A stretch of DNA of 64,000 nucleotides. Source: an uncultured Chlorobiota bacterium. GTDB lineage: Bacteria > Bacteroidota > Ignavibacteria > UBA10030 > UBA6906. The translations under genes were made by a program, and so were the position numbers. Position 1 is the first letter of the stretch, and each line of letters begins with the position of its first letter. Location of the stretch: NCBI GenBank assembly GCA_900696645.1, contig CAADGV010000021.1, positions 122,893-186,892 of the forward strand, read 5' to 3'. Shown piece by piece: positions 47,528 through 57,885 of this stretch. The notes beneath the pieces were generated by a model, which saw nothing but the letters and a program-made list of their open reading frames with translations, was not told where the DNA came from and ran no database searches.

Positions 47528-48586
47528 ATGAAAGCTCGTTGGTGTGCAATCGTGTTGTTGATGTGTGCGGCCTCTTTCGGGGCAATGGCCGGTGGCACGA
47601 GTGTCGCAAAGTATGCCGGGGAATTTACCTCGATTGGAGTTGGAGGAAGGGCTCTCGGTATGGGCGGCGCATTTGTGGCGCTCGCCAATGATGTGACCGC
47701 GGGATATTGGAATCCGGCAGGACTCTCGCACATTATGTATCCGCAAGCGGCGCTAATGCACGAAGAACGGTTCGGAAGTGCCGTCAATTACGACTACGGT
47801 GCAATTGCATTTCCGCAGGGGACCAATACGAGTTGGGGATTCAGCGTCATCCGCATTGGTGTTGATGATATTCAGGATACCCGCAACGCTGCAATTGATG
47901 CAAGCGGACGTTTGGTTGATTACCAGACATACATTCAGAATCCGGAAAACTACCGGATTGACCCGAGCCGCGTTACGTACTTCAATGCGGCGGATTGGGC
48001 CTTCTTCTTTACCTATTCAAAAAAGCAATCGGAAGATTTCTCGTACGGAGCAAGCCTCAAGGTGATCCGTCGTGAATTGGGTGATGCGTCGGCAACAGGC
48101 TTGGGGCTCGACATCGGCGTATGGTACATGCCGATGGATAATGTCATGCTGGGCGTAAATCTTCAGGATATTACCACGACATTTCTTGCGTGGAATACCG
48201 GCACCAACGAGCTGATTTCCCCGACAATGAAAATAGGCTCGGCATACTTCATCGAAGCATTCGGCGGGCGGTTTGCACCGGCAATTGATTTTGATATCCG
48301 TTTTGAGAATCGCAAGTCGGCATCAACCTTCGCCCTCGGTCCGGTGAGTTTCGATGCGCATATCGGAACGGAGTTTCTGTTCAGGAATCTCGTCGCATTC
48401 CGTGTCGGCTACAATGATGTGAAACAGGTATCATTTGGCGCTGGGCTTCATCTCCCGAAACTCAGCATCGACTATTCGTTTGCGCGGTTCGCACAATCCG
48501 CCGGAGATCGTCTTGACGATACCCACCGCATTTCGTTGATGTTCACGCTTGAAGCAGAACAGTTCAGGAGAGTGGACGGCTATTGA
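47528..48586 (+). CDS. PorV/PorQ-like (UPF0164) outer-membrane barrel
   Basis: GVGGRALGMGGAFVALANDVTAGYWNPAGL, IDYSF, THRISL. Confidence 0.82.
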   Translation: MKARWCAIVLLMCAASFGAMAGGTSVAKYAGEFTSIGVGGRALGMGGAFVALANDVTAGYWNPAGLSHIMYPQAALMHEERFGSAVNYDYGAIAFPQGTNTSWGFSVIRIGVDDIQDTRNAAIDASGRLVDYQTYIQNPENYRIDPSRVTYFNAADWAFFFTYSKKQSEDFSYGASLKVIRRELGDASATGLGLDIGVWYMPMDNVMLGVNLQDITTTFLAWNTGTNELISPTMKIGSAYFIEAFGGRFAPAIDFDIRFENRKSASTFALGPVSFDAHIGTEFLFRNLVAFRVGYNDVKQVSFGAGLHLPKLSIDYSFARFAQSAGDRLDDTHRISLMFTLEAEQFRRVDGY

Positions 48587-48608
48587 GTTTGATGGTGTTG
48601 CGATGATG

Positions 48609-48646
48609 AGAGGTGTGTTCAGGGATTGAGCACACCTTTTCTGTTT
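48609..48646 (+). terminator. Intrinsic terminator
   Basis: AGAGGTGTGTTC...GAGCACACCTTTTCTGTTT between convergent genes. Confidence 0.7.
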
Positions 48647-48661
48647 CAGGAGGAGAAAGGG

Positions 48662-50851
48662 CTACTTTGTTGTCAATTCGAATACCCCGCTCCAATCGGC
48701 AGGAGGCGGATTGCGCTTGAAGAAGCCTGCGCGTTCAGTGTACAACTGTGAAGGGTAGTCGTCTTTCCGAAGCATTGCCGCTTCGCTGAATTTTCGTTCC
48801 GCTTCGTCCCACTTTCTCAATCTGTACAGATGCAATCCTTCCGTGAAGAGTTGAACAAATCTCTCCAGCGCAGGATCAAGGTCCGCATCCCGTTGTTGAA
48901 TCAACTCGAATGTTCGTACGGGTTCCGAGCGTCCCTTTACGGAGAGCAGGTCGAGTTCACGTCCGAGTATACTGTGTTTCACAGCCTCATACGTTGTCTC
49001 GCTGACGATGATCCCCGTTCGATACACTTTATTTGCTCCCTCAAGGCGTGAGGCAATGTTGACACTATCCCCAATAACAGTATAATCGAACTTCTCCGCG
49101 CCACCCATGTTGCCGACAACCATTTCACCCGTGTTAATCCCGATGCGCGTGTAGATCATCGGTCTGCCGTCCTGTTTCCAGCGATTCCGGATTTCCGCCA
49201 GTTTGTTCTGCATTTCCAAAGCTGCGGCACATGCGCGCAATGCGTGATCTTCTTGCGATAGCGGCGCCCCCCAGAATGCGATCACCGCATCGCCAAAAAA
49301 CTTGTCGAGTGTGCCGTTGTTGCGGAGAATAATGCTGCTCATTTCCCCGAAATACTCGTTCAACAATGCAACAAGCGCATCGGACTCCATTTTCTCGGAA
49401 ATCGAGGTGAAGCCTTCAATATCACTGAACATGACAGTAAGCTGCTTGCGTTCTCCCCCCAACTTCAGCTTCTCCGGGTTGGCTATCAGCTCATCAACAA
49501 CGGTCGGATTGACGTAGGTGCTGAACATTGTTTTGATCATGAGCCGCTGCTTGCGCTCGGTGACGAAGTGATACCCCGTGCTGGCGACATATCCGCCAAG
49601 CACTGCCACAATGGGGCTGATTGCCGCCATGACAAATTGAGAGTGGATAAACAGCCAGAGCGTTGCTACTGCAATCACCGCAAGTTCGAACATCAGAAAC
49701 AGGAAACCGAATAACTCGAAGACAAAGTGCCGCTTGCTTCGTCCGCTTCTCAGGGCGGATGTGACATAGAATGTGAAGAGCGAAAAGAACAGAACAAGAA
49801 GAATCTCCGATCGGGCTGACTGCTTGTACAGAAAGTTGTTCCGGAAGATGCTCTCGATAACATTGGCGTGTATTTCCACACCATACATGAGATTGTCGCC
49901 GCGTTGCAACCCTTGTGCAATTGAGACAGGAAAGAGATCATGATCTTCGGGAAGTGTCGAACCGACAAGAACAATCTTGTCCGTAAACGTGCCGTCATAG
50001 AGGTACCCGTAGTCGGGGTCGCTGAACGTATTAATCGATTCGCCCGTTTCCGTTTCCTCGTTGGTGACGATGTCTTCGTCATCGATAACATCCGCAAACT
50101 TGACACGGCGAAATGTGCCGCTGGGTCCGAAGAAATTGATAAGCAGGGAGGAAGGATCGTATTGCGGAATCATTCTTCCGGCATACGTGAACCGTTTCTC
50201 TTCAACCGTTGCAACGTGCAGGGGAGGCAGCCCGAAGTATTTGTTGAGAACGGCAAAGCCGAATGTCGGTACGCGTACAGTGTCGTGCCGCCTGATGTGT
50301 GTTGCCTCCCAGAACGGGCTGTAGCGCCTGTACACGCCATCCGGGTCGTTACGGATATTGACGAGCCCGAGTGAACTATCCACCGTGAAGAAAATGTTGC
50401 CAAAGTGTTCATCGGCTTCAACCAATGTATAGTCCTGCTGCTTCGTTTCCAGCTTGCCGGCCAGAATAACAATGCCTGTTTCGCGAATTGCCGCCCGCAG
50501 ATCGTCGTCGTTCTCCGGAGACTGTATCTCCGCTTCGCTCAGGATGATATCGATTCCGACGGCTTTTGCACCGGCCGCCTTCAGATTGCGAACAAGGCGG
50601 GCATAGTACGAGCGGGGCCACGGCCAGCGGTCGGGCAGCGACCTGTACGACTCATCGTTGACTTCCACAATCACGACATGACTGGATTCACGCAAGCCGG
50701 GATATGCACCGCGTGCCTGAAAGCGGTAGTCCAGGGTTGCCATCTCAAGCCGTTGCACAACTCCCAGTTGGAGTATATCGTCATGTGTGAGAATGATGGT
50801 GAGAACGGCGACAACAATGGCGACGAGTAGTTTTCTGACCTGCGGGTTCAT
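48662..50851 (-). CDS. CHASE2-domain class III adenylate cyclase with C-terminal TPR
   Basis: CHASE2 (WPWPRS, DPDGVYRR, YGVEIHAN), 3 TM helices, FSDIEGFT, DKFFGDA, DYTVIGDSVNIASRLE; K and D residues indicate ATP specificity. Confidence 0.93.
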   Translation of the reverse strand: MNPQVRKLLVAIVVAVLTIILTHDDILQLGVVQRLEMATLDYRFQARGAYPGLRESSHVVIVEVNDESYRSLPDRWPWPRSYYARLVRNLKAAGAKAVGIDIILSEAEIQSPENDDDLRAAIRETGIVILAGKLETKQQDYTLVEADEHFGNIFFTVDSSLGLVNIRNDPDGVYRRYSPFWEATHIRRHDTVRVPTFGFAVLNKYFGLPPLHVATVEEKRFTYAGRMIPQYDPSSLLINFFGPSGTFRRVKFADVIDDEDIVTNEETETGESINTFSDPDYGYLYDGTFTDKIVLVGSTLPEDHDLFPVSIAQGLQRGDNLMYGVEIHANVIESIFRNNFLYKQSARSEILLVLFFSLFTFYVTSALRSGRSKRHFVFELFGFLFLMFELAVIAVATLWLFIHSQFVMAAISPIVAVLGGYVASTGYHFVTERKQRLMIKTMFSTYVNPTVVDELIANPEKLKLGGERKQLTVMFSDIEGFTSISEKMESDALVALLNEYFGEMSSIILRNNGTLDKFFGDAVIAFWGAPLSQEDHALRACAAALEMQNKLAEIRNRWKQDGRPMIYTRIGINTGEMVVGNMGGAEKFDYTVIGDSVNIASRLEGANKVYRTGIIVSETTYEAVKHSILGRELDLLSVKGRSEPVRTFELIQQRDADLDPALERFVQLFTEGLHLYRLRKWDEAERKFSEAAMLRKDDYPSQLYTERAGFFKRNPPPADWSGVFELTTK

Positions 50852-50857
50852 TGCACG

Positions 50858-53296
50858 TCAGAAATCGAAGCGGTATTTGACGCTCCAGAAATCATCGTTC
50901 GGAAGGCCTATGTTGCCAAAGAGGCTGTACTGGAGGATGATGTTCATTGCCCGTGCCACAGCCCATTGAGCAGACAGATCGAATGTGACCCGCTTGAAAT
51001 CGCCAAATGTCGGACTGACGGTGCAGGAAATTGACGCAACGTCATCTGGAAGTGTGTACACACCGTTGGCGAACACGTTTGTATACCGCAGCCGCATGCG
51101 CGCCCCGAACGGTCCGGGATAATTATTGTAATTGTGCGTGAACCCCATTGTGGTTTGAAGCGGTATCCGGTATCGCGTATTGAGATTCAAGGCCACGGAG
51201 GTGTTGCGCACGTCGAGGTTTTGCGGCGTGTAATCATTCCGTTTTGACCCGGACAGACTGATGGATGCGGTATGTGATGCGTGGAAGTTGAACCGCTGAG
51301 CAAGAAGAACAAAAAGCCTGTTCGTCTGATCGTCCACTGCGCCGATCACGAATCGTGGAGAAAGGTTGTTGATGTTTCGATAATGTGTGAAACCCACGGC
51401 TATGCTCGGTAAGATCGAACGCGGATCGTAGTTGACAGCAACATTGTACGTTGTAAAGTGGGTTGTTACCGCTTTTGATTTGCTGGTATTGTCCGAAAGA
51501 CGCTCGTACCCGAGAGTGATGAAGAGATTCTGAGCCGGAAGCTTGATCCGATCGGTGATATTAAAGCCCGCTATGTCCGTTCGCAGGAACGTCTGTCCGA
51601 ATGAATTGTAGTCGCTTCCCCGAAACTGGTAGTTGATTCTGAATGCGTTATCGAAGTAGTTCAGGGCAAGGCCCACGTCGTACGCAACAGTTGAGAGTTT
51701 TTTGAACGACAGAGGCCGGAGGTTATCGTTAACCGTAATGAAACTCTTCAGAATATCCCGCGCATTTTTGATGGCAGCCGCATCCTTCTTGTACACCGAG
51801 TCGATATACGCATCGGTGAAGCTGCCGCTTGAAATATCATTATTGTATGCGCTGAATGCAAACTGTCCGGTTAACTCAATTCTGCTGTTATCGAAGCGCG
51901 ACAACAAATCCGCTCCCAGCACAAGATTTTCCTTCGGTCTCGTTCCGTACCGGATTGAGTTTATGTCGTCTTTTGACTTCAGCCAGGTGAAGCCAATCTG
52001 GTATGTCTCGCCCGATCCGAAACTCGGCCGCACAGCAAAAAGGCTGCGCGAGTAGGTTCCGTAATTGTACTTTCCCCAGAGAAGCGAATCGATTTTTGCA
52101 TAGGCCGCCAGGGAGTCGATCTGCTGTTCGTACGCAAGCTGTTCGATGGGAATAACTTTCAGCAGAGTTCCCTCAACATCCCGGACTGTTCTTCCGGCTG
52201 CAACTTCCACGTTGAATTTACCGAGCCTGATTGCAGAATTCAGCCCGCGGACTCGTTTTCCATTCAAGATCAGACTTGGAAAGTACGGGTAACTGTCGCC
52301 GTATCCAACAAGAAGCCATTTCGATTCCAATCCGGCATAGTATCTGTTCTGCGGCTGTCGATTCAAGCGTTCATCCGATGTGACGAAGGCATTAGCATTG
52401 AAACGCCACGCCCCCTGGCTGCCGTTGAAGCGGAAGTTGCCCCGATTGTACCACGTTTCTTCGCGGTTCACTTTCTCGCGCCTGAGCTCAAGGTCAACCG
52501 ATCCTGTTGACACAAATGCTGTACCTCCCCGTTCGGGTGGTTGTCCCTCTGCAAGCACATTGAATGACGTTGTGACCTGCCGGTGCAACAATCCCTGGCG
52601 GTTGTACAACAGCACCGAAGCCGTGTAACGTCCCGGCTTGAGAGTGACTCCATGATTGGCCGGAACATACACGAGAATGTCATCGCTGATAACAATATGG
52701 CGCGTAACATTTGTATTGTTCAGAAAGAGTTGTGTCGCCCTCTTGACAACCATCGTATCCGCCCTGTACAGCGAAACGGAAATCAGCACATCGTTCGTCT
52801 CATAGGATGCGTTTGGTTCAGGACTGAGGAACACCGCCTGCACATCATCTTCCTTCTTCATAACAGGAAGCTGAAGGGTTTTCCCGGGTGCATTGGAAAG
52901 CGGGTCGGGGTTTTCGCTTACAGGGTATGATTCAAGCTGCCCCGAACGATTCACGAGCACGATATAGTATTCAAGAAACGGCGGTGATACATGTCTGGGA
53001 GGAACTCGTGCTATTGCCGTGTTTCCCATCAGTTCCATCTCCACTCTTGTCCAGCCCGACTCGGTGAATGAGCGGTAGAGAAAGTACACACGTTCGATCG
53101 TTTCTCCATGCCGCAGCTCGGCACGGACTACCAACGGTGATTCGCTAACAGCCTCAGATGGCGAGAACGAAGAGATGCTCGTTGAAACCTGGGCCTGTAG
53201 CGATGAAGCACAGACGAGAAGAGAACAGAGCAGGAACAGAGTATGCAGAACACGGCAACGGCACCTCGATAGGGTCGGCGAAAAGCCAATTGTCAT
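50858..53296 (-). CDS. Large exported protein: N-terminal Ig-like domains plus probable OM beta-barrel
   Basis: Signal peptide (..SLQAQ), LEYYI-type Ig strand, long amphipathic beta region, C-terminal YRFDF; exact start uncertain (53296-53305). Confidence 0.7.
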   Translation of the reverse strand: MTIGFSPTLSRCRCRVLHTLFLLCSLLVCASSLQAQVSTSISSFSPSEAVSESPLVVRAELRHGETIERVYFLYRSFTESGWTRVEMELMGNTAIARVPPRHVSPPFLEYYIVLVNRSGQLESYPVSENPDPLSNAPGKTLQLPVMKKEDDVQAVFLSPEPNASYETNDVLISVSLYRADTMVVKRATQLFLNNTNVTRHIVISDDILVYVPANHGVTLKPGRYTASVLLYNRQGLLHRQVTTSFNVLAEGQPPERGGTAFVSTGSVDLELRREKVNREETWYNRGNFRFNGSQGAWRFNANAFVTSDERLNRQPQNRYYAGLESKWLLVGYGDSYPYFPSLILNGKRVRGLNSAIRLGKFNVEVAAGRTVRDVEGTLLKVIPIEQLAYEQQIDSLAAYAKIDSLLWGKYNYGTYSRSLFAVRPSFGSGETYQIGFTWLKSKDDINSIRYGTRPKENLVLGADLLSRFDNSRIELTGQFAFSAYNNDISSGSFTDAYIDSVYKKDAAAIKNARDILKSFITVNDNLRPLSFKKLSTVAYDVGLALNYFDNAFRINYQFRGSDYNSFGQTFLRTDIAGFNITDRIKLPAQNLFITLGYERLSDNTSKSKAVTTHFTTYNVAVNYDPRSILPSIAVGFTHYRNINNLSPRFVIGAVDDQTNRLFVLLAQRFNFHASHTASISLSGSKRNDYTPQNLDVRNTSVALNLNTRYRIPLQTTMGFTHNYNNYPGPFGARMRLRYTNVFANGVYTLPDDVASISCTVSPTFGDFKRVTFDLSAQWAVARAMNIILQYSLFGNIGLPNDDFWSVKYRFDF

Positions 53297-53319
53297 TGTA
53301 TCCAAGCGGAGAATGATTC

Positions 53320-53356
53320 AAAAAAAAGCCCTGCAGAACATCACATCCACAGGGCT
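53320..53356 (-). terminator. Intrinsic terminator after the FecR-domain gene
   Basis: mRNA AGCCCUGUGGA..UCUGCAGGGCU followed by a U-run. Confidence 0.65.
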
Positions 53357-53375
53357 ACTTGCGTGTGAACGTCAC

Positions 53376-54071
53376 TTATCTGAATTTGATTTCGATATTC
53401 TTCTTGTTGCCCCCGCCATCTTTCAACTCGATATCAAGTCTGCCATCCTGCTCTCCTGTACGCGAGGAAAGCTCGGCGGCTACTTTTTCTTCGGGTGTTG
53501 AAGGGCGGACTTGCAAAGTGCCATCGGGATAGGAAAGTCCCGTAAACCCACCGCCTACATCGACAGCTCGCGATGAAACCTTGCTTGAAAGTACAACCAG
53601 TCCGTCGAGGACGATCAACTTGTCCAACGAATCCGAGGCGCTGAATTGTCCGCTTGTTCCCCGCACCGACGCAACAGAAGTCGGCGACGAAAAGCGGAAG
53701 CCCTCACCCTGCTGCTGCTTCTTGATGCTGAAGCCGATAACGCCACGCTCGAACTCCGTCGATTTCAGGGTTGAAGTTCCATCCTTCAGATCGTTAAGCA
53801 GAACCTCGGTCTTTTCCCGCACGCGCAACATGCTGTTATCCTTGAATTTGATTACCGCGATCGATTTCTCGCCGGTTTTCAAACGTTCGCCCGACGAAAG
53901 CATTTCACCCCGCTTGGCTGCCTGCCAGGCTTTGTCGGGTTGTTTGCGCGTAACGTCGAGAATAACTCTGCTGATAAGCGCGATTGTTGTATTCTGTGTC
54001 GGGGGAGGAACTGCGCCCGGAAGCACACAGAGCATCACCAAAATCAAGCCTGCTAAACCTGTTGTTTTCAT
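53376..54071 (-). CDS. Exported FecR-domain protein
   Basis: Start MKTTG; GERLKTGEKS.A.I.F.D.S.LRV and SPTSVASVRGT signatures; no cytoplasmic anti-sigma domain. Confidence 0.85.
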   Translation of the reverse strand: MKTTGLAGLILVMLCVLPGAVPPPTQNTTIALISRVILDVTRKQPDKAWQAAKRGEMLSSGERLKTGEKSIAVIKFKDNSMLRVREKTEVLLNDLKDGTSTLKSTEFERGVIGFSIKKQQQGEGFRFSSPTSVASVRGTSGQFSASDSLDKLIVLDGLVVLSSKVSSRAVDVGGGFTGLSYPDGTLQVRPSTPEEKVAAELSSRTGEQDGRLDIELKDGGGNKKNIEIKFR

Positions 54072-54087
54072 TGTCAGACTCCCCTGA

Positions 54088-55158
54088 TTATTCAACGATT
54101 ACCGAACTGACTGATTCCGGGCTTGACCGGATATCATTCAATGCGTTTAACAAGTCGGCCAAAGAAATAGGGGAGCCATTAAACCGGAATGTTCCGGACG
54201 GGCTGAGATCCTGGGCGCGAATTTGATCGAACACGGGTTTGTATGAAGGAGGCAGTGCATCTTCCAATTCCTGAAGAAGCCAATCCAGGGAACTTCTGCG
54301 CTGAGTCGAAACAGAGAATGACCGCAAAGCGCTTCGAAGTTCGAGATCTGTTCCGCCCGCTGTGCCAACCAATCCCTTGACGTGCCACACGTATGTCCGG
54401 CCAGGCATCAGAGGGCGCGCCCCTGTTACAGGATAGCGGAATGATCGCGTTGAAACGGTTGCGGTTATCTGGGGAGTACCGGAAGCCACTTCTTCAAGGC
54501 TCCGCTGACCGGGAAGCATTTCATAGATACTAATTGTTGCGCGCGGCCCGTCGTATTGCCATTCAAACAACGGCAACTCTTCCACCACTGTCTCGCCCGC
54601 TGCAGGTGCAAGCAACACAGGGGATGACGGATTGGTTAGATTGAATTCGAAGATCCCCTGGCCCGTGGCATTGCCAGCGGTGACATCCACCGTAAACCTG
54701 TACGTGCCTGCCGGCATCGAGCCGCTCGGAAGGGCGATCTCCTGAAATGCCGCCTTCGCCTGTGGGTTGAATATGTAACCATCAACATCGCGCTGCGGTA
54801 TGCCTCTTCCTCTTCCAAGTTCGAGGTTGGTAACAGTTCTGGTACCATCCAACATGAATGGCTTCGAGATGAACTTCGCGGCATTCACGTAGGTTTCACC
54901 GGCAGCCAAATAGACATCAAGGTTGATCGTGAGTATCACTTCAACCGATTGAGGCGACGACATAGTGATTGTAAAAAGCCACTTCGGTGTGGTCGCATTG
55001 AGAAAATCAAGGTCGCTAATACTCAAAGTATTAACGGGTGCACGAAGGGTGGTAACGGTGATTTGGCTCTGTGAGGTGGCCGGCCACAGAAGAACTGTCA
55101 AGCAGAAAAGAACCCCAAGGACTCGCCCAGTCCTTTTCCCATCAAACACATTCTTCAT
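54088..55158 (-). CDS. Exported Ig/Fn3-like hypothetical protein
   Basis: Signal peptide; MPAGTYRF, PVLLAP, PLFEW, LMPGRTYVWHV pattern. Confidence 0.7.
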   Translation of the reverse strand: MKNVFDGKRTGRVLGVLFCLTVLLWPATSQSQITVTTLRAPVNTLSISDLDFLNATTPKWLFTITMSSPQSVEVILTINLDVYLAAGETYVNAAKFISKPFMLDGTRTVTNLELGRGRGIPQRDVDGYIFNPQAKAAFQEIALPSGSMPAGTYRFTVDVTAGNATGQGIFEFNLTNPSSPVLLAPAAGETVVEELPLFEWQYDGPRATISIYEMLPGQRSLEEVASGTPQITATVSTRSFRYPVTGARPLMPGRTYVWHVKGLVGTAGGTDLELRSALRSFSVSTQRRSSLDWLLQELEDALPPSYKPVFDQIRAQDLSPSGTFRFNGSPISLADLLNALNDIRSSPESVSSVIVE

Positions 55159-55202
55159 AATTGTTCCCCTTCAGATTATGAATAGACAAGATTCCCCTTG
55201 AA

Positions 55203-55231
55203 ATGATAAGAAAAACCCCATTGGATAGCAA
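55203..55231 (-). promoter_or_regulatory. Promoter for the Ig-FecR-barrel-cyclase cluster
   Basis: TTGCTA-N17-TATCAT. Confidence 0.5.
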
Positions 55232-55262
55232 ACCCGATAATCTTTGCGATTGTTCAACGCAC

Positions 55263-55296
55263 AAAAAAGGGAGGGCTCTTCAAAATGCCCTCCCTT
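55263..55296 (-). terminator. Intrinsic terminator after rseP
   Basis: AAGGGAGGGC/GCCCTCCCTT 10-bp stem with a U-tract on the minus strand. Confidence 0.8.
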
Positions 55297-55324
55297 AGCC
55301 CGATTCACCTCCGGCGATGGCGAC

Positions 55325-56641
55325 TTAGAAATTTCTGATGTCGTTGAATACGACAAAGGCCATAAATGCGAGGAGGAGGAAGAATCCCGCTCGTTGCACC
55401 GCAAGCTTGATTTTCGTCGGGATTTCTCGCCCCATTATTCCCTCAATTCCGAGAAACACAAGGTGCCCGCCATCAAGGGCAGGGATTGGCAGGATATTCA
55501 GGATGGCGAGACTGATGCTGAGAAACGCCATAAAGGTCAAGTAGGTAATGATGCCAAGTTCGGCTGTCTGCGAAGCGAGTTGTGCAATCTTGATTGGCCC
55601 CGCGACGGACTCACGGAACGGGGTCTTGCCGCTGACTATACTTCCAATTCCTTTGACTGTCAGCCCGACCACATTGCTGATGCTAACAATGCCCTCATTC
55701 AGGGCTTCGAACAGTGAATAGTTCGTGTGTTTGACCGGCCCGTTGTAACGCAACCCGAACGAGATACCTATCAATCCTTTGTCACTTGGCACAACCGTGC
55801 CCGACATCAGCGAGTCACCTCGTCGCCATTCAACAGCCAGCGGTTTGCTTGCATGTGCACGCACGATTTCGTTTACCCTGCGATCGTAGCGGATTGGCTG
55901 ATTGTCGAGCGAGATGAGAACATCACCCGGCTTGAGTCCCAACTCCGCGGCGGGCCTGCCCGGATCAACCGTATTGATAACGAGTTCCGTGTGGTTTGGC
56001 GTAATGCCGAATGATCCTTCGTTGAGGGATTGCAGAGTCTGTTCCGGGGCGTTGACGGTTACTTTATTCCCGTCCCGCAAGACAACGAAGTGAAGTTCCT
56101 TCCCGATATTCTGGAGATAGATGTGGTTCCTGACATCATCCCAATGCTCAATCGTCTTGTCGTTGATTGTCAGGATTTTGTCGCCGCTCCGTAAGCCGGC
56201 CGCTTCGGCAGGGCTGCCTTCAAGTACGTAGCCGATTTCCGTCGTGTCCGAAACACTCTTGCCTTGCGAGTAATGGATTCCCCAGAAAATTCCGACGGCG
56301 AGAAGAATGTTCATTATGACGCCTGCAGAAATGACGATCATTCTCTGCCAGATTGGTTTCGAACGGTATTCCCACGATTGAGGTTCTTGTTGCAAGTATT
56401 CGGTATCAAAGCTCTCGTCGATCATGCCGGCGATCTTGACATACCCGCCTATCGGAATCCAGGAGATGCAGTAATCCGTTTCGCCGATCTTCTTGCCGAA
56501 GGCGCGTGGGGGAAAGCCGAGCGAGAAGACATCAACCCGCATACCGAACATTTTCGCCGCAAGAAAATGCCCCAGCTCGTGGATAAACACCAGAATACCT
56601 AACGTGACAACAAAATAGAATATCGTGTTGATGACTTCCAT
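55325..56641 (-). CDS. rseP: RIP metalloprotease RseP
   Basis: HELGH, GGYVKI, two PDZ domains, NILPIPALDGGH. Confidence 0.95.
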   Translation of the reverse strand: MEVINTIFYFVVTLGILVFIHELGHFLAAKMFGMRVDVFSLGFPPRAFGKKIGETDYCISWIPIGGYVKIAGMIDESFDTEYLQQEPQSWEYRSKPIWQRMIVISAGVIMNILLAVGIFWGIHYSQGKSVSDTTEIGYVLEGSPAEAAGLRSGDKILTINDKTIEHWDDVRNHIYLQNIGKELHFVVLRDGNKVTVNAPEQTLQSLNEGSFGITPNHTELVINTVDPGRPAAELGLKPGDVLISLDNQPIRYDRRVNEIVRAHASKPLAVEWRRGDSLMSGTVVPSDKGLIGISFGLRYNGPVKHTNYSLFEALNEGIVSISNVVGLTVKGIGSIVSGKTPFRESVAGPIKIAQLASQTAELGIITYLTFMAFLSISLAILNILPIPALDGGHLVFLGIEGIMGREIPTKIKLAVQRAGFFLLLAFMAFVVFNDIRNF

Positions 56642-56653
56642 GCGATTCCTTCG

Positions 56654-57814
56654 TTACTGTACCGTTGTAGAGAATTCGTGAGCACGCTGACGCGTCTCAG
56701 CATCAATACGCACGATCTGTTCGTACGTTGCATTGTGAACCACTGTGTGTGAACGCAGCGCCTCTTCGATGACATCAGGAATGGACGAAAAAGGGATTTC
56801 TTCACTCAAGAACTTCTGTACGGCGACTTCATTGGCGGCGTTGAGAACGGTGGTTGCCGTCCCTCCTTTCTCCAATGCCGTGAACGCGAGATCGAGGCAT
56901 TTGAACTTCTCGTAATCCGGTTCATCAAAAGTCATTTCCTTCAAGGTCGAGAAATCGAGCCTCTTGTGTGGCGCTGCGGGGCGTTCGGGATACATCAGTG
57001 CGTATTGTATCGGGACTTTCATATCCGGCATGCCGAGCTGCGCCTTCGTCGATCCGTCCTTGAATTCCACCATTGAATGAATGATAGACTGCGGATGAAT
57101 CACAACGTCAATGCATTCGTGCGGTAACCCGAACAGCCAGTGTGCTTCTATTATTTCAAGCCCTTTGTTCATCATTGTTGCCGAGTCGATCGTGATCTTG
57201 TTTCCCATGCTCCACGTCGGATGATTCAATGCATCAGCAACCGTGATCGTATGAAAGAGTTCTTTCTCCATCCGCCGGAACGGCCCTCCCGATGCTGTAA
57301 GAATCAGCCGCTCGACACTTCCGATCTCTTCGCCTTGCAGACATTGGAGGATGGCGCTATGCTCGCTGTCCACCGGAAACATCCTGACTCCGTATTTCCT
57401 GACAGCGTTCATCATGATTTCGCCCGCAACAACAAGCGTTTCCTTGTTCGCAAGGGCGATATCCTTTCCGGCCTCAATGGCATGCAACGTCGGTTTCAGT
57501 CCGGCAAACCCGACCAGGGAACTCACAACAACATCAACATCCTCACGCTGAACAATCTCACAGAATGCATCTTCGCCGGAAAGGACTTCTGTTGTTCCGT
57601 TGACGAATTTTCTCAGAACCGATGCATTGCACTCGTCAAGCACAACAACCGCACGCGGGTTGAATTGCCGGATCTGCTTCTGCAACAAGTCGATATTCTT
57701 GTGCCCCGTCAGATAGGTAACGCGGAAGCGGTCGGGAAACAGGGAAATAACATCAAGTGTGCTGCGCCCGATGGAACCTGTGGAACCGAGGATGGCTATG
57801 TTTTTCTTTCTCAC
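56654..57814 (-). CDS. dxr: 1-deoxy-D-xylulose-5-phosphate reductoisomerase
   Basis: LGSTGSIG, LANKE, PVDSEHSA, HPTWSMG, NKGLE. Confidence 0.97.
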   Translation of the reverse strand: MRKKNIAILGSTGSIGRSTLDVISLFPDRFRVTYLTGHKNIDLLQKQIRQFNPRAVVVLDECNASVLRKFVNGTTEVLSGEDAFCEIVQREDVDVVVSSLVGFAGLKPTLHAIEAGKDIALANKETLVVAGEIMMNAVRKYGVRMFPVDSEHSAILQCLQGEEIGSVERLILTASGGPFRRMEKELFHTITVADALNHPTWSMGNKITIDSATMMNKGLEIIEAHWLFGLPHECIDVVIHPQSIIHSMVEFKDGSTKAQLGMPDMKVPIQYALMYPERPAAPHKRLDFSTLKEMTFDEPDYEKFKCLDLAFTALEKGGTATTVLNAANEVAVQKFLSEEIPFSSIPDVIEEALRSHTVVHNATYEQIVRIDAETRQRAHEFSTTVQ

Positions 57815-57846
57815 TATCGAAAATCACTCTCTCACAAAGAAACAAA

Positions 57847-57885
57847 ATCACCAAGAGATTCGTTCTTGAATCAAAGCTTGGTGAT
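57847..57885. repeat. Intergenic inverted repeat in the dxr leader
   Basis: ATCACCAAG..GATTC..GAATC..CTTGGTGAT. Confidence 0.4.
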
